DNA of 63,886 nt, counting the filler, from Octopus bimaculoides (Eukaryota), in the NCBI RefSeq assembly GCF_001194135.2. It is 9 parts of 9 records of this genome, joined end to end, with 100 filler letters (N's around TTAATTAATTAA, not from the genome) between each part and the next. Parts side by side here need not be neighbours in the genome. Positions count along the whole stretch, not along the records: positions 12,855 to 43,780 come from NC_068982.1; 8 more parts are not named here. The stretch is one strand, 5' to 3'. Positions 13,586 through 26,805 of the stretch are shown piece after piece (position 1 is the first letter of the stretch; each line of letters starts with the position of its first letter). Below the pieces are notes generated by a model. That model worked only from the letters and a program-made list of their open reading frames with translations. It ran no database searches and was not told the DNA's origin. A program made the translations under genes and the position numbers.

Positions 13586-14844
13586 ATATATACATATATA
13601 TTATACAAAATTAAGGATAAAACCACTTTAAGGATTTTATCAAGTGGCCAGCGTGACATAAAAAACCATACAGGTAGCAATTTATACTAATTTATAATTA
13701 TATGATTATATTAAAGGGTGCAGATTAGCTCCACCAACACGCTAGATATAGACGCCAAATGGCATCTGATGAAGGCATGGGGTTTTACAACCCAAAGTCA
13801 GAAATTGATTTACAATTAGCCAACTATTAAAAAAATCTTTTTTCTTTCATATGCCCGCCTACAACCTGTGCTAACGGAGTGTAGGTGTGGTTTTTAGAGC
13901 TAGTGGCCTCTCTAAAAAATAAAGGAAAAGACTTCGTTATTCTGTCAACAAGGGATTGTCTTCCTTTGACCATAATTCGTAATTGACCCTGTTAGTGTAT
14001 GGATCCCAGGACGCCAGGAATTTCCTGAAGTGCAAGCAGGGTCCAAAGACTTCCGTGCTGGAGTTAAGGATCGTGTTCTCTAATATCCTCGTCCGTTCGG
14101 CTGTGTGGTTTACACGGTATGCAGAATAGTGCCTCCAGTTTTAAATATTTACACAATCACAGTAGGTATAGATTGGCTGCTTGTTCCTCTGGAATTGGTC
14201 AAATTGATATAGACATCGCTGATGAAAATTTAATAGGATTCGAAAAATCTATAAAACTTGTTCATAATTTTTCAATCTGTGGAGCAACAGCTAAATTAGC
14301 TCTTGAGAGATTGTCTTGGCCCGTTTGCCTTCAGACCGTTGATTTCTGTAGTTATTATCAGAGTATTTTGGTGATTTAAATAAGTTTTGACTGTTATTTC
14401 CAGCAGATAGACATACTTAGTATGTCCTTTGATTAATCTAAATCCTTCAGCTATTTAATGCCTTTTTGGGGGCCTGCAATCGCCTATATTATTGATTCTT
14501 TTATGATCATTTTTAAATTGTTACACTAGATAATAACAATGTCAATGATATCTTCGCAAATTTTTTTTATTGANNNNNNNNNNNNNNNNNNNNNNNNNNN
14601 NNNNNNNNNNNNNNNNNNNNNNNNNNNNNNNNNNNNNNNNNNNNNNNNNNNNNNNNNNNNNNNNNNNNNNNNNNNNNNNNNNNNNNNNNNNNNNNNNNNN
14701 NNNNNNNNNNNNNNNNNNNNNNNNNNNNNNNNNNNNNNNNNNNNNNNNNNNNNNNNNNNNNNNNNNNNNNNNNNNNNNNNNNNNNNNNNNNNNNNNNNNN
14801 NNNNNNNNNNNNNNNNNNNNNNNNNNNNNNNNNNNNNNNNNNNN

Positions 14845-15112
14845 CGTTATGCTGAACCGCTAGGTTGCGGGGACGCATGCAAACCAACACTCGTTGTCAA
14901 GCGGTGGTGAACACACACACACACACACACACACGCACATATACGACAGGTTTCTTTCAGTTTCCGTGTACCAAACCTACTCAGAAGGCTTTAGTCGGCC
15001 CGAGGCTATAATAGAAGACACTTGCTCAAGGTGTCACAGTGGGACTGAACCCGGAACCATGTGGTTGGTAAACAAACTCTTTCCCCACACCGTTACGCCT
15101 GCGCCTATAGAT
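14845..15112 (-). mobile_element. SINE family B copy (5' part)
   Basis: GAAGACACTTGC.CAAGGTG.CAC.GTGGGACTGAACCCGGAACCATGTGG match to family B. Confidence 0.8.
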
Positions 15113-15659
15113 AGAGGACGAAAGTTGGTTGTATTTAAACAAAAAGGCGGAAATAGAGAAAAAGAAGACGTCTTTTGAAAACACAAGGGAAGACGACTGA
15201 TTGGTGATGAAAATAGAAACGCTGGAGGTGATGATGGTGATGATGATGATGATGATGCCGATGGAGGGGGGGGGGGGTGATGTATAACGTATGTGTTCGT
15301 ATCTGTGTGCGGAAACACATCACACGTATATTGAAAAAAAAAATGACTGGTGACAGCTGTGTTGACATTAACATCACTATGTATGTTGACGGTGTTTGCC
15401 ATGTGTGTGTGTGTGTGTGTGTCTTTGTTTCGTGGCTTGTTTGGCGGTTGTTTGTTTTTGAAGCATTGTAGCTGCTGTTGTTGTTATTGTTGTTTGCTTG
15501 TGTGTTTGTATATCATGCACTCATTATTGTATTGCCATGTTTGGGTGGGTTTTTTTCCCTATCTTCGCTAAAAACTGTTTTTTAAAAGTTGTGAAGTGAT
15601 TTTAACAATTGTGTGCAAGGCATTAAGTTGTAATCTTTGTTTCTACAATGAACCAAGGC

Positions 15660-15890
15660 AGGAACGGTTCCAGGGGCTGGGGTATTAAAGACTGGGAGAG
15701 AAAGGGCGAAACTATACAAGGCTCACACAGTAACAAAGGCTAGTGTATTAAAGAAATGGGGACATAAAGGGCCAAAATATAGTAACAGGGGCCAGTATAT
15801 TAATGACAAGGGAGAGAGAAAGGGCCAACTATCTGAAGTTCATACAGTAATAGGGACTAGCGTATTAAAGGGCAGGAACTAAAATGGCTA
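15660..15890. repeat. Degenerate purine-rich minisatellite
   Basis: Recurring GTATTAAAG / GAGAGAAAGGG / CAGTAA blocks. Confidence 0.55.
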
Positions 15891-16784
15891 ATGTAGCGGG
15901 GGATGGCCATGTAGATTTTTTTTCCTGAATAAAATGACACGATTGACTATCCTAACAAGGAGCTGGACGTCGCACCTCTTGGATGTCGCTTGGACTACAA
16001 GAAATAGCAGTCAAAACTCCTTTACGTTCGCCTGGATTAAAAGACCAACGAGAACATTACATAATGTTTTGGGTGATAGCATTGCCTTGGCGAGGATGGG
16101 TGGTCACAAATGGAATACCTTTGATGAAAAGTCTGTTCTATCAGGGTTGTCCTGCTGTTAAACAACAATTATAACAACCCTCTGGGAAGTAGTTTTAGGT
16201 TCGTATCCTTTCAACAGCGCTGTTTCGTTGAGCAAGACACTTCACTGTCTCTAACTGAAGCTCGAGTTTATGACTGAAAGAGAATTTGTCGACTTGGTCA
16301 CTCGACCTTCGAGAAATAATAGGCAAGTCCTCCTCATTCTTCAATTTAATGACTTGAAAAATGAAGGACACACAGGATAATACAATATCCGTTATATATA
16401 ACGGCGCAAGATAGAAACAACAAATGGAAACGGTAGATCGAACAAGATATACGTTGTGATTTTTGTTCCACCCAAGTTGCATAGAAAATCCCATAGCTAA
16501 TGAATCAGTAGCTGTTTCATTGATTTTCTTTATGGACTAAGATAAAGATACACGCGTTTATGGAATACTCAATATATACCGACAGAATAAGTACTCGGCT
16601 TACAAAGAATAAGTCCTGGGTTCGATTTGTTCGACTAAACTGGTGATGCTCCTGCATGGCCGCAGTCAAATGACTGAAACAAATAAAAGAATCTGTGAGT
16701 ATGTGTATAGAAATGTGTGCGGACGTATATACATACATGTGTGCATTTGGTGTGTGTGTGTGTGTGTGTGTGACCATATTTATA

Positions 16785-17028
16785 CTGTAATCCCTCGACT
16801 ATCGCGAGTGTTACGTTACAAAAACTCCCACGAATAATTAGAATCTAAAAAGTATAAATACCTGTCGGTCGGTGAACCCCGCCATATAAATATACATATA
16901 TTAGCCAGAAAAATCCGCGATGTACTGAGTACGCGATAGGTGAACCGCGATGTACTGTGTGCGCGATAGGTGAACCGCGATGTACAGAGTACGCGCTAGG
17001 TGAACCGCGATATGGCGAGGGATTATTG
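16785..17028. mobile_element. Tigger/pogo-like (Tc1/mariner superfamily) MITE flanked by TA
   Basis: TA|CTGTAATCCCTCGACTATCGCG ... CGCGATATGGCGAGGGATTATTG|TA TIRs, with an internal 30-bp unit x3 at 16915-17004. A similar end occurs at 62881-62908. Confidence 0.75.
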
Positions 17029-17166
17029 TACGTGCATATCTATGCATTTGATGTGTGTATGTGGCGAGAAATAGATGCTTGTGTGGCTTTCATTAATCTG
17101 CCATCCATGCATTTATGATTAAGCAATCATAGACGATATATTTAAGTGCGTGTATATATATATATG

Positions 17167-17229
<63 letters not shown>

Positions 17230-17546
17230 TGTATTCATGACACTTATACTGAGAGATGTAAAACCATTATTTTTATAGGCGTGTGTCTACAGATACATGG
17301 ATTTGTGTGTATAAATGTGTGTATATATGAATATGTCATACGTGTTTACATATGTGCGTTTGTTTATATATGATATACACTCACATATATATAACGTGTT
17401 TTTGTATGTATGTATGTATACACACATATATGTGTGTGTGCTTGTGTATGTATCTATATTTTTATACGCATATACATGTATGTATATAATCTATCCAGGC
17501 AGCAAACTAGATATCTATTAATCATATACACACGCTAGTTTATTAC

Positions 17547-17594
<48 letters not shown>

Positions 17595-17986
17595 TGTACG
17601 TATAAACGTATGTCTATAATCCTCTTCCATCTACATAAAGAAGTTGACCAAATTCTTTCATGAAGTCTCTGCCAAAGTAGCGAAACGTGCAGCCAGCGTT
17701 GATTGGTTCGGTTGTGGTTCCATATCGGCAGGGGGCGCTTCAGGCACTTGCTGCCGGTGCTTAGAGAGGCGTGTTCGAGTGGGACATCTTTAAAAATCTT
17801 AAACGACTACTTCGGAGAATCTTCTTGGCTCATTTTGTCATCATTACAGTTTATGTTGTTGATTTTCTACTTCTTGTTATTAATATTATAACAACAACAA
17901 TGATAATATGAACAACAAACACAACCTAAGCCAGACGACGATGAGGATTATGACGATTATTATTATCATTATTATTTGTTATTATT

Positions 17987-18440
17987 AAGGCGGTGAGCTG
18001 GCAGAACCGTTAGCAAGCCGGGCACAATGCTTAGCGGTATTTCGCCCCTCGCTACGTTCTGAGTTCAAATTCCGCTGGGGCCGATTTTGTCTTTCATCCT
18101 TTCGGGGTCGATAAAATAAGTACCCGTTGAGCATTGGGGTCGATGTAATCGACTAAACCCCTTCCCAAAAATGTTAGGCCTTGTGCCTATTATAGAAAGG
18201 ATTATTATTATTAATTAGGCGGTGAGCTGGTAGAATCGTTAGCACGCTAGACGAAATGCTGAGCAGTGTTTCGTCCGTCTTAAAGACGTTCTGAGTTCAA
18301 ATTCCGCCGAGGTCGACTTTGCATTTCATCCTTTCAAGGTCGATAAATTAAGTACTAGTGAAACACTGTGGTCGATGTAATCGACTAGTCTCCTCCTCCT
18401 CCGAACTTGCTGACCCAGTGCCAAAGTCTGAAACCATTAT
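17987..18440 (+). mobile_element. Two tandem SINE family A copies (17987-18212; 18217-18440) in (ATT)n
   Basis: Both start GGCGGTGAGCTGG.AGAA.CGTTAGCA, share the core and end in ATT tails. Confidence 0.85.
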
Positions 18441-19779
18441 TATTACCATTATTATTGTTACTAGTATTATTATAAAGATGAAAGTTATAACGTTGATGTT
18501 TCATATTCGTTAAAGAAGTTAACGGAGAGCTGTGACTCTGGTGGTGATAGTAGTAGTAGTAACTTGGTTTATTATCTTTCTGAACTCAAATACTTGTCAT
18601 ACACTCGTGTTCATTTGTTTGACGAGACACTTCCCATCCCCTAACACATTGTCATCATCATTGATTTGAAATCCATAACATAATGATCGATACTGCAGAA
18701 ATTTTGATTAAAAATGACGAAAAATTTAGTTTCGATAGACAGACACACAGACTGATGCTTGTATCGATTGATGGCTTGATTGATCGACAAGTGTATGGAT
18801 GAACCAATCGAGATATCTATTGGTACACTGGTATGTTGTTGAATTGGTACATAAATTGTTACATGCAGATTGGTAGATCGATCAACAGACTCATAGATTG
18901 GTGGATTGCCTCATAGATCAATGTATAGATTAGTGGATGTATGGATGCGCGGATGCATTAACAGATCCCTACGTTGATGGCATGATAGACCGACAGGTAG
19001 ATTGTTGAATGGACAGGTGCGTAAGAGGGGGCGCTCAAATAAGTTATTTAATTCCGGAAATATTGAAAAGTTAACAAGAAATAATCATAGAGCGAGCAAA
19101 AGAAAAACGAATTTGCCAAGAAAAACGTTAAAAGTAAAGGAATACAAGAATGAAAATGGCGTATTGCAGATAATGGTGATTATAAGTGGTATTAGTAATT
19201 ACAGAGGCGTAGGTAGGGGTGTGGTGCAGTGTAATGTAAGTGTAGTCAGCGTGGAGTAACGTAAGTGTGACGGGATTGCAGCAAGACCAACGCGAAACTT
19301 TTGAAAGGATTTCCCCAATTATTTTCTGGACAGAAATTCTTTGACGGAATGGGTTGACAAAATCAACTTTTCATCACGACCACTGAATGATTCAGCCTTG
19401 CCTGTAGTGCTTCTCCCACTCGCTTATATATATATATATATATATATATATACAAGAGAGAGAGAGAGAGACAAACAGAGACACTCATTCTAACACGCAC
19501 AATCACATATTCTGTATTTAAATATATTTATACGTTTATATTTTTGTATATTCCGCTGTCTAGTTTCCCCATATCTAACAATAATAACTCCCTCATCAAC
19601 GTCTATCATTACACTGAGATTTAAGACGACATTTTTTTTTCTTCAACTTCTGAAGAAGTATCCCAATAAATATATAATGGTCCTCTTTCCGTCAAATTAC
19701 ATTTTCTCACGAATCAAAAATCTCAAAGACGACTTCCCCACTTTCCTTTCCACTTTGATTCGCATTTTATTTCATCTAC

Positions 19780-19835
<56 letters not shown>

Positions 19836-20136
19836 TAATGAGGATGATGATAATACAGTAATAAAAATAATGATGGTGGTAATTGTTATTTTCCTCTTTC
19901 GGTAATCTTCTGGTCGAAGACAGATCTTGGATGCCCCCCACCTTTTTTCTTTGTTGTTGCTTTTTTTTATCTTTAAGAAAGTTCAAAAGGTTCTTGGAAT
20001 GTTCAGGAAGAGGAATGTCAAGTTCTTACATTAAAACCTTAACCAATGCCTGAAGCCTCTGCTTTTACCATTTTACCACGATCTGTTGAGGGAATTTCTA
20101 GATTAGAAATTGAAGGTGAAGTTTAATAATAATAAT

Positions 20137-20425
20137 TCGGAGCGCTAACAACGAGGTTCGTAAAATATGTTAGAGAGAAATTGGAATTGACATGAGGGCC
20201 CCGGCCCCCAAACTGCTCTATTGGGGACAGCTAGGATTTTGTGATTGGTGCTTGAATGTTGAGTATCTTCCACAGTAGTTAAAATCCAAGTATCAAAGCT
20301 TATAATTTGCAGAAAGTGACTCTGTGAGACTTCTGATAACAGGCTGCTGTTCGCTCTTACAGAATCAACCAGAGAAAGTAAGACCCAAAACGCTGAAAAG
20401 TAAAAGAATAATAATAATAATAACA
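20137..20425 (+). mobile_element. 5'-truncated R4/Dong-like (RLE-type) non-LTR retrotransposon 3' end
   Basis: 20209-20262 reads QTALLGTARIL*LVLEC*, matching the QKxxLLGTARILRxVL C-terminus of restriction-like-endonuclease LINEs. Followed by a ~150-nt UTR and (AAT)n tail; (TAA)n also at the 5' junction. Confidence 0.65.
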
Positions 20426-20640
20426 ATCCTTTCGATGATAGGCACAAGGCCGAGAATTTAAGGGGAAGGGGATAGTCGATCACATCGACCCCAGTGCTCA
20501 ACTGGTACTTAATTTATCGACCATAAAAGGATGAAAGGCAAAGCCGACCTCGGCGGAGTTTGAATTCAGAACATAAAGACGAACGACATGCCGCGAACCA
20601 TTTTGCCCGGTGTGCTAACGTTCCTGCCAGCTCGCCACCT
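20426..20640 (-). mobile_element. SINE family A copy
   Basis: Reverse-complement match to family A (GGATGAAAGGCAAAG.CGACCTCGGCGGA.TTTGAA.TCAGAAC). Confidence 0.85.
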
Positions 20641-20709
20641 TAATAATGGTAATAATGGCTTCCATCGAAAGCTCTTAGAATGTGAAAAGGCAATAAGAGC
20701 GTGTTCACA

Positions 20710-20745
<36 letters not shown>

Positions 20746-21807
20746 CACACACACTGGCATTCACATACATACGTATGAGTACATGTAACTTCTTATATAT
20801 TCGTCTGTGTCTTTACATAGCACAATATATATACATATACATGTATTACATGCATATATGTAAGTATACATGTATATGTATGCATATATACGTGTATATA
20901 TATATATGTGTATGTGTGTATGAATACGCATGTGTGTGTGTGTGTATATTATATATGTACGTAAATGTAAAGGTGTGCATATACGGATGTATAGATGTGT
21001 GTTTACTTAAATTCCCTACCTGTAAATCTATCTTACACCCCTCTCTCCACACATACGCGCGCACGCATATATATAATAGGTGAATGTGTGTTTCCGCGTT
21101 TTTGTAAGAAATGCTTGATACATTCGCAATCCTTGAAAGATTTTCTAACAAGATGCTGACTATTGCAAAGAACCTTAGGAAAACAAATAACAGGAGCCTT
21201 TTGCAACGAAGTTATTGTACTGAATGTCTAAGTGCAGCTGATATCAATATTTTTCAGACTTACGCGTTATGGGGCAATCCGTCTAGAGAAAGTAGTATTG
21301 ACCACTTCCGGTTTAGTTTTCGATTTAGAATTCCTTTTGTCTTTTGTGATTGATCATTTTCTTTTATCTTGAAAAAGGAAATATCTTGAATTTTCAATTT
21401 GCACAAATATATAGATGCTTGCAACTTAGAATATTTCTGCAGATGAAACCTTAATTTGTTGTTTATGCACTCTCACACGGTCTATTAATTTTGATCCTGT
21501 CTGTCCAATGTAAATGTCTTTGCATTGTGGGTATATGATGCAGTAGATGAGATTATCGTTGTATTACAATTCAATTCCTTCCCACTTTTAAATCATTTAG
21601 TTGTTCCCTATTCTGTTCAGTTATTTAACACACACACGCACGCACACACATATATACACACACGCAGGGTACCCCCCCCCCCAAACAAATGTCTACACTT
21701 ATTGAATGATTATAAAGTCAGTATTTATTAAAATACATTTTTCAAAATTTAATAGAATCTAGAAACAAAACTTAATTTTCGATGAATGCCTGTTTTCAAA
21801 TTGATGA

Positions 21808-21838
<31 letters not shown>

Positions 21839-22504
21839 TTTGATAGTAACTTCTGCAATTATTATTGCCATATCTGTCACAGAAGGTAGAAGGGAGAGAA
21901 AAAGCTATATTATAGTAAATTNNNNNNNNNNNNNNNNNNNNNNNNNNNNNNNNNNNNNNNNNNNNNNNNNNNNNNNNNNNNNNNNNNNNNNNNNNNNNNN
22001 NNNNNNNNNNNNNNNNNNNNNNNNNNNNNNNNNNNNNNNNNNNNNNNNNNNNNNNNNNNNNNNNNNNNNNNNNNNNNNNNNNNNNNNNNNNNNNNNNNNN
22101 NNNNNNNNNNNNNNNNNNNNNNNNNNNNNNNNNNNNNNNNNNNNNNNNNNNNNNNNNNNNNNNNNNNNNNNNNNNNNNNNNNNNNNNNNNNNNNNNNNNN
22201 NNNNNNNNNNNNNNNNNNNNNNNNNNNNNNNNNNNNNNNNNNNNNNNNNNNNNNNNNNNNNNNNNNNNNNNNNNNNNNNNNNNNNNNNNNNNNNNNNNNN
22301 NNNNNNNNNNNNNNNNNNNNNNNNNNNNNNNNNNNNNNNNNNNNNNNNNNNNNNNNNNNNNNNNNNNNNNAAAATATACGAATTGAAAAAACAAAAAAAA
22401 AACCCATCTGATTAAGCATTGAGATAAATCCAAAAAATATACAGAACGACTCCAGCTTGTAACGAACGATTCAGAAAGTATAAACTTCCATTCCCATAGC
22501 TAAG

Positions 22505-22688
22505 TAACCCTTTCTACTGAAGGCACAAGGCCTTGAAATTTTGTGAGAGGGGACTAGTCGATTACATCCCGAAAGGATGAATGGCAAAGTCGACCTCAGC
22601 GGAATTTGAACTCAGAACGTAAAGACAGACAAATACCGCTCAGCATTTTGCCCGGTGTGCTAACGATTCTGTCAGCTGGCTGCCTTAT
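22505..22688 (-). mobile_element. SINE family A copy (internally deleted)
   Basis: Same head and core on the minus strand. Confidence 0.8.
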
Positions 22689-23076
22689 CCTCCCATAGCT
22701 AAATAACATCCATAGAATAAAAGCAGTGCTGTTGAGATAGACAAAGAAAAACTAGAGATATTTGATTATTTCTGGAGAGAAAATATTGGACATAACGGTT
22801 GGAGGCGATCGGCATAATGGTGGGTGGAGCTGAGGAGCAACGGGTAGAGATAGTTCAGAGGAGCAGAGACTGTTGTAGTAGTGGTTCGGTAAACAAAGAG
22901 AGGAGATATTGCGTTTACGGTCTAAAAGTTGTAGTGTGTCGTCGGTTATTAGGTTTTTGTCAGTCGGCAATGTGGCCCCCAGCCAACTAAGTCAGATGAA
23001 CAGGTGTCGTAGTGGGGGTAGTTATACAATAATCTGGAGTTTTAAAAAGCTTGTTGTGTGGTAAGAAGCTTGCTAA

Positions 23077-23390
23077 AAGGCGGTATTTCGACTGCTGCTA
23101 CGTTCTGAGTTCAAATTCCGCCGAGGTCGACTTTGCCTTTCATCCTTTCGGGGTCGATAAATTAAGTACCAGTTACGCACTGGGGTCGATGTAATTGACT
23201 TAATCCCTTTGTCTGTCCTTGTTTGTCCCCTCTATGTTTAGCCCCTTGTGGGCAATACAGAAATAAGAAGCTTGCTTCCCACCCGCATGGTTCCGGGTTC
23301 AGTCCCACTGGGCGGCACCTTGGGTAAGTGTCTTCTGCTATAGCCTTGGGCTGACCAAAACCTTGCGAGTGGATTTGGTANNNNNNNNNN

Positions 23391-23425
<35 letters not shown>

Positions 23426-23620
23426 GAGTGTGTGTGTGTATGTCTGTGTTTGTCCCTCCTGCCATCGCTTGACAACCCATAACTAAGCAGTTCGGCAAAT
23501 GAAACCGATCGAATAAGTACTAGGCTTACAAAGAGTAAGTCATGGGGTCGATTTCTTCGACTAAAAAAATCCAATTAAGACGGTACTCCAGCAAATGACT
23601 GAAACAAGTAAAAGAATTAA
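23077..23620 (+). mobile_element. SINE family A (23077-23265) directly followed by SINE family B (23265-23620)
   Basis: Family A core, then AAGAAGCTTGCTTCCCA...GGTTCAGTCCCACTG...GGATTTGGTA and the family B tail GACTGAAACAAGTAAAAGA. Confidence 0.85.
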
Positions 23621-24222
23621 AATTCTTTAATTATTAAATTCATTAATTAATAAATTTTCGGCAATCAGTTGGATGTCCAGTTTGAGGATTGTGTTCTACA
23701 ATTAGTAGCAGCAGCAGCACGGTTCCTGTTTAAGGACAAGTGCTTCACCGTAGACATATAAGAGTTCTTAAGTCAGAAGTACTAAACAAGTGGGGCACCA
23801 CTTCTTCCAACCATTTCAAAGTCATATGTTGAAGGTGTTTAAAAAAATAAACCCTCCAAGCCTCCATCAGTGTCAGTCCCTTTCATCTCTGAAACTTGTT
23901 CGTAAACACCGAATAGCTACAGAGTAGATCAAAGCTGAAGAATTTTCTGGCCAAAATGGAACAAGTTAGACTTTAGGATACCGATTCTCAACCATTTCTT
24001 ACCTGTATCGCTCCCTTTGATTACTATTCTTTTTTTCTGGTGGACACCTGTAGCCATTTGGTGTTTATAAACTACTTTCAGAGAAACTTCTTTTAAAATT
24101 CTCAAACAGTTGTCGCAAACATGATAAGCTATGTAAAACATTAAAGATTTTTCTTTCTTTTTTTTTTTTTTTTTTTTTTTTNNNNNNNNNNTTAGATCTT
24201 AATTATAAAAAGAATATGAAAG

Positions 24223-24568
24223 CAATGGCGGATGGCCAGGTTGCCAGCTTGCCCGATAGCAAGTGGGCCCCTTTCGCCATTAGAATCCATATATGGGGGC
24301 CCATGTTAGTATCAAAGGGGCCCATCCTCTCAAGTTTGAGAATCTTTTATTCACTCCTGGAAGAATGCATTATTTCAGCCTGGCTGTGTTTGAAGCCAGT
24401 TGAAAAGAATACTTTTAACAAAAAAAATTAAATGATAGCATTGTAGTTGCGGGTGGGCACCCTTATAGTTGCGGGCACCCTTATAGTTGAGGGTAGGCCC
24501 CCTTATAGCTGTGGGTGCGCCCCCTTAGTCTCTTGGCAACCGATATTTTTAGACCCTGTTCGCCACTG
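24223..24568. mobile_element. hAT-type MITE with 8-bp target-site duplication
   Basis: Termini CAATGGCGGA... / ...TTCGCCACTG are imperfect TIRs. Flanks are TATGAAAG (24215-24222) and TATGAAAC (24569-24576). Internal degenerate GGGCACCCTTATAGTTG repeats. Confidence 0.75.
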
Positions 24569-25597
24569 TATGAAACCATTATTCTATGCTAATTTAGTTA
24601 ATTTTGTCAAGCTCCCTTTTCAGTTTGTAAGATAGAAATTTAAATGTAATAAAATGTTTTAAAAGAAATTTGAAGTGCCCCCTGTATTTAAACCCTACTT
24701 TTGGGCCAACCTGCACATTTAAAGCAAAATCTTTTCATAGATTCTTAAAATACTGCTATGGATCCCCAATTCGCTGTTTTGCATGCAGGGACCCAAAAAA
24801 TATATGGACTACTGGGGATCATATGGATGCCGGGTGGGAAACAACTGCTTTAGGGTGTAGTTTTCGTCACGTTTTTGTGGGGGTCACATGGAATTATCAT
24901 CAGAGATGAAGGGGACTGACATTCATTGGAATTTCGAAGGATATGTTTATTAAACACCTTCAATATTTGACCTTGAAATGGTTAGAACACGTGGTGCTCA
25001 CTGTAAATGAAGACTTGTTTAGTAGTAAGCGAAAAATATTCTGTCTTGAAGTGTTAAAAACTAAATGGCATATTTTTGGCATGTCACGTGCCTTTCGGAC
25101 TCTCCTCCCCCTCCATTTCACACTGCACCCCCTCACTCGACGTCCACTCACACTCCCAACAGACTATCAGTGTCACAAACTTGAGGAAAGATTGGAATAT
25201 AAGTATGTGTGTATAGACCTGTGTTTCTGTGTGGATATGCAAGAAGGCAGAAGGCTTTCTTTAAAATATCACCGAACTAGATTGTGTGAAGGATGTGTAT
25301 ATGTGTGTACATATATATTACATATGGAGTGTTTACAATTCTGTATAATACTAACGCATGCGCCTTATACACACAAACACGCGCATACACACACGCACAA
25401 ATAGACGTGCATGAAATATGAGAAATTGTGTGTGAGAGTGAGAGAGACTGTGTCTAAAATGATTCCAACCGAAGTGACAGTATCGAAGTAATTCGTCATC
25501 TAACAACTGGGTGGGGGATGACATGGAGAATGGAATGGTTAAGATGGGACGTGTTTGGCGATCTGAATGCCACCGTAATCCTTTCTTTTCTCCTTTC

Positions 25598-25640
<43 letters not shown>

Positions 25641-25991
25641 CCCAACGAAATCTGTCTTACTTTTGTCGTAGAATAACCAGGATGGATGGAAAAAAGGGAG
25701 ACAGCGCTACAATATGTCAAGCTGAACCTCTGTCGCGTTACACCTTTTACCTTTCAATCCGTCTCCCTATCCCTTTGTCACGTGCCCCTGTCTATCGGTC
25801 CCTATCAATCCGTTTTCCTGTCTTTTAGTTTCTCTATTTTTCCATCAGTTTATCTATCGCCTTGCCTATCCATTCATCTATCGATCCACCTGCCGAACCA
25901 TTCGCTATCGATCCACCTGCCTAACTATTTATTACTCCATCAATCCGCGTTTCTCCGCATCTATCTGCCTAACTGTGCTTGCATCTCTCTG

Positions 25992-26022
<31 letters not shown>

Positions 26023-26382
26023 GTTCCTGTCTCTCTTTCTCCACCTCAGTTTCTCTTCACTCCCCCCTCTCTCTCTCTGCTTGGTTTTTCTTTCTCCAAT
26101 GAAGAAAACGAAAAGAAACTCACGATTCTGGCGAAATAGTTTACTATCAAAGAAGACATTATGTTGGTAAAGAGAGATTGTGATAACGGGGGAGGAGGAG
26201 GAGGAGGAGAAGAGAAAGTGTGAAGGTGTCTGTAGTGAAGAGGCGAGGTGTCACTTGAGAAGGGGAAGATGGAGATGGAGTGAAATAGTGGAAGGGGGGG
26301 GGGCGGCAGTGATGCTGTTGATAAATCTTTCAAGACTGGAATCTCTTTAAAGTAAAAACTAATACAAATATTAAAGAATTCT

Positions 26383-26419
<37 letters not shown>

Positions 26420-26456
26420 ACCTCAGCAACACAAGAAATAATAATAATGGACTAGC

Positions 26457-26805
26457 AGGCGCAGGTGTGGCTGAGTGGTAAGAAGTTTGCTTCTTATCCA
26501 TATGGTTCCGCGTTCAATCCCACAACGTGACACTTTGGTCAAGTGTATTCTATAGCCTTGGGCCGATCAAAACCTTGACTGGATTTGGTAGACGGAAAGG
26601 TGTGTGTGTGTGTGTTTGTTCCCCTGCTTGACAACCGGTGTTGGTGTGTTAGCGTTTACGTAACTTAGCGGTTCGGCAAAAGACAGCCGATAGAATAAGT
26701 ACCAGGCTAAAAAAGAAAATACTGAGGTCGATTCATTTGACTAAAAATTCTTCGAGGCTGTGCTCCAGCATGGCCGCAATCTAATGACTGAAACAAGTGA
26801 AAGAT
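26457..26805 (+). mobile_element. SINE family B copy
   Basis: GGCGCAGGTGTGGCTGAGTGGTAAGAAG head through to the GACTGAAACAAG tail. Confidence 0.85.

Noticed and set aside
13900-14520. Coding-like minus-strand sequence, possibly a decayed retroelement
   Set aside because: Multiple stops in all frames and no motif I can name; not classifiable without a search.
16915-17010. 30-bp repeats that superficially resemble a CRISPR array
   Set aside because: Head-to-tail with no spacers, internal to a Tigger-like MITE, in a eukaryotic context.
23929-24141. Minus-strand ORF containing a strong CAG|GTAAGA donor near 24000
   Set aside because: No recognisable protein, and it lies within the repeat nest at 23790-25026.
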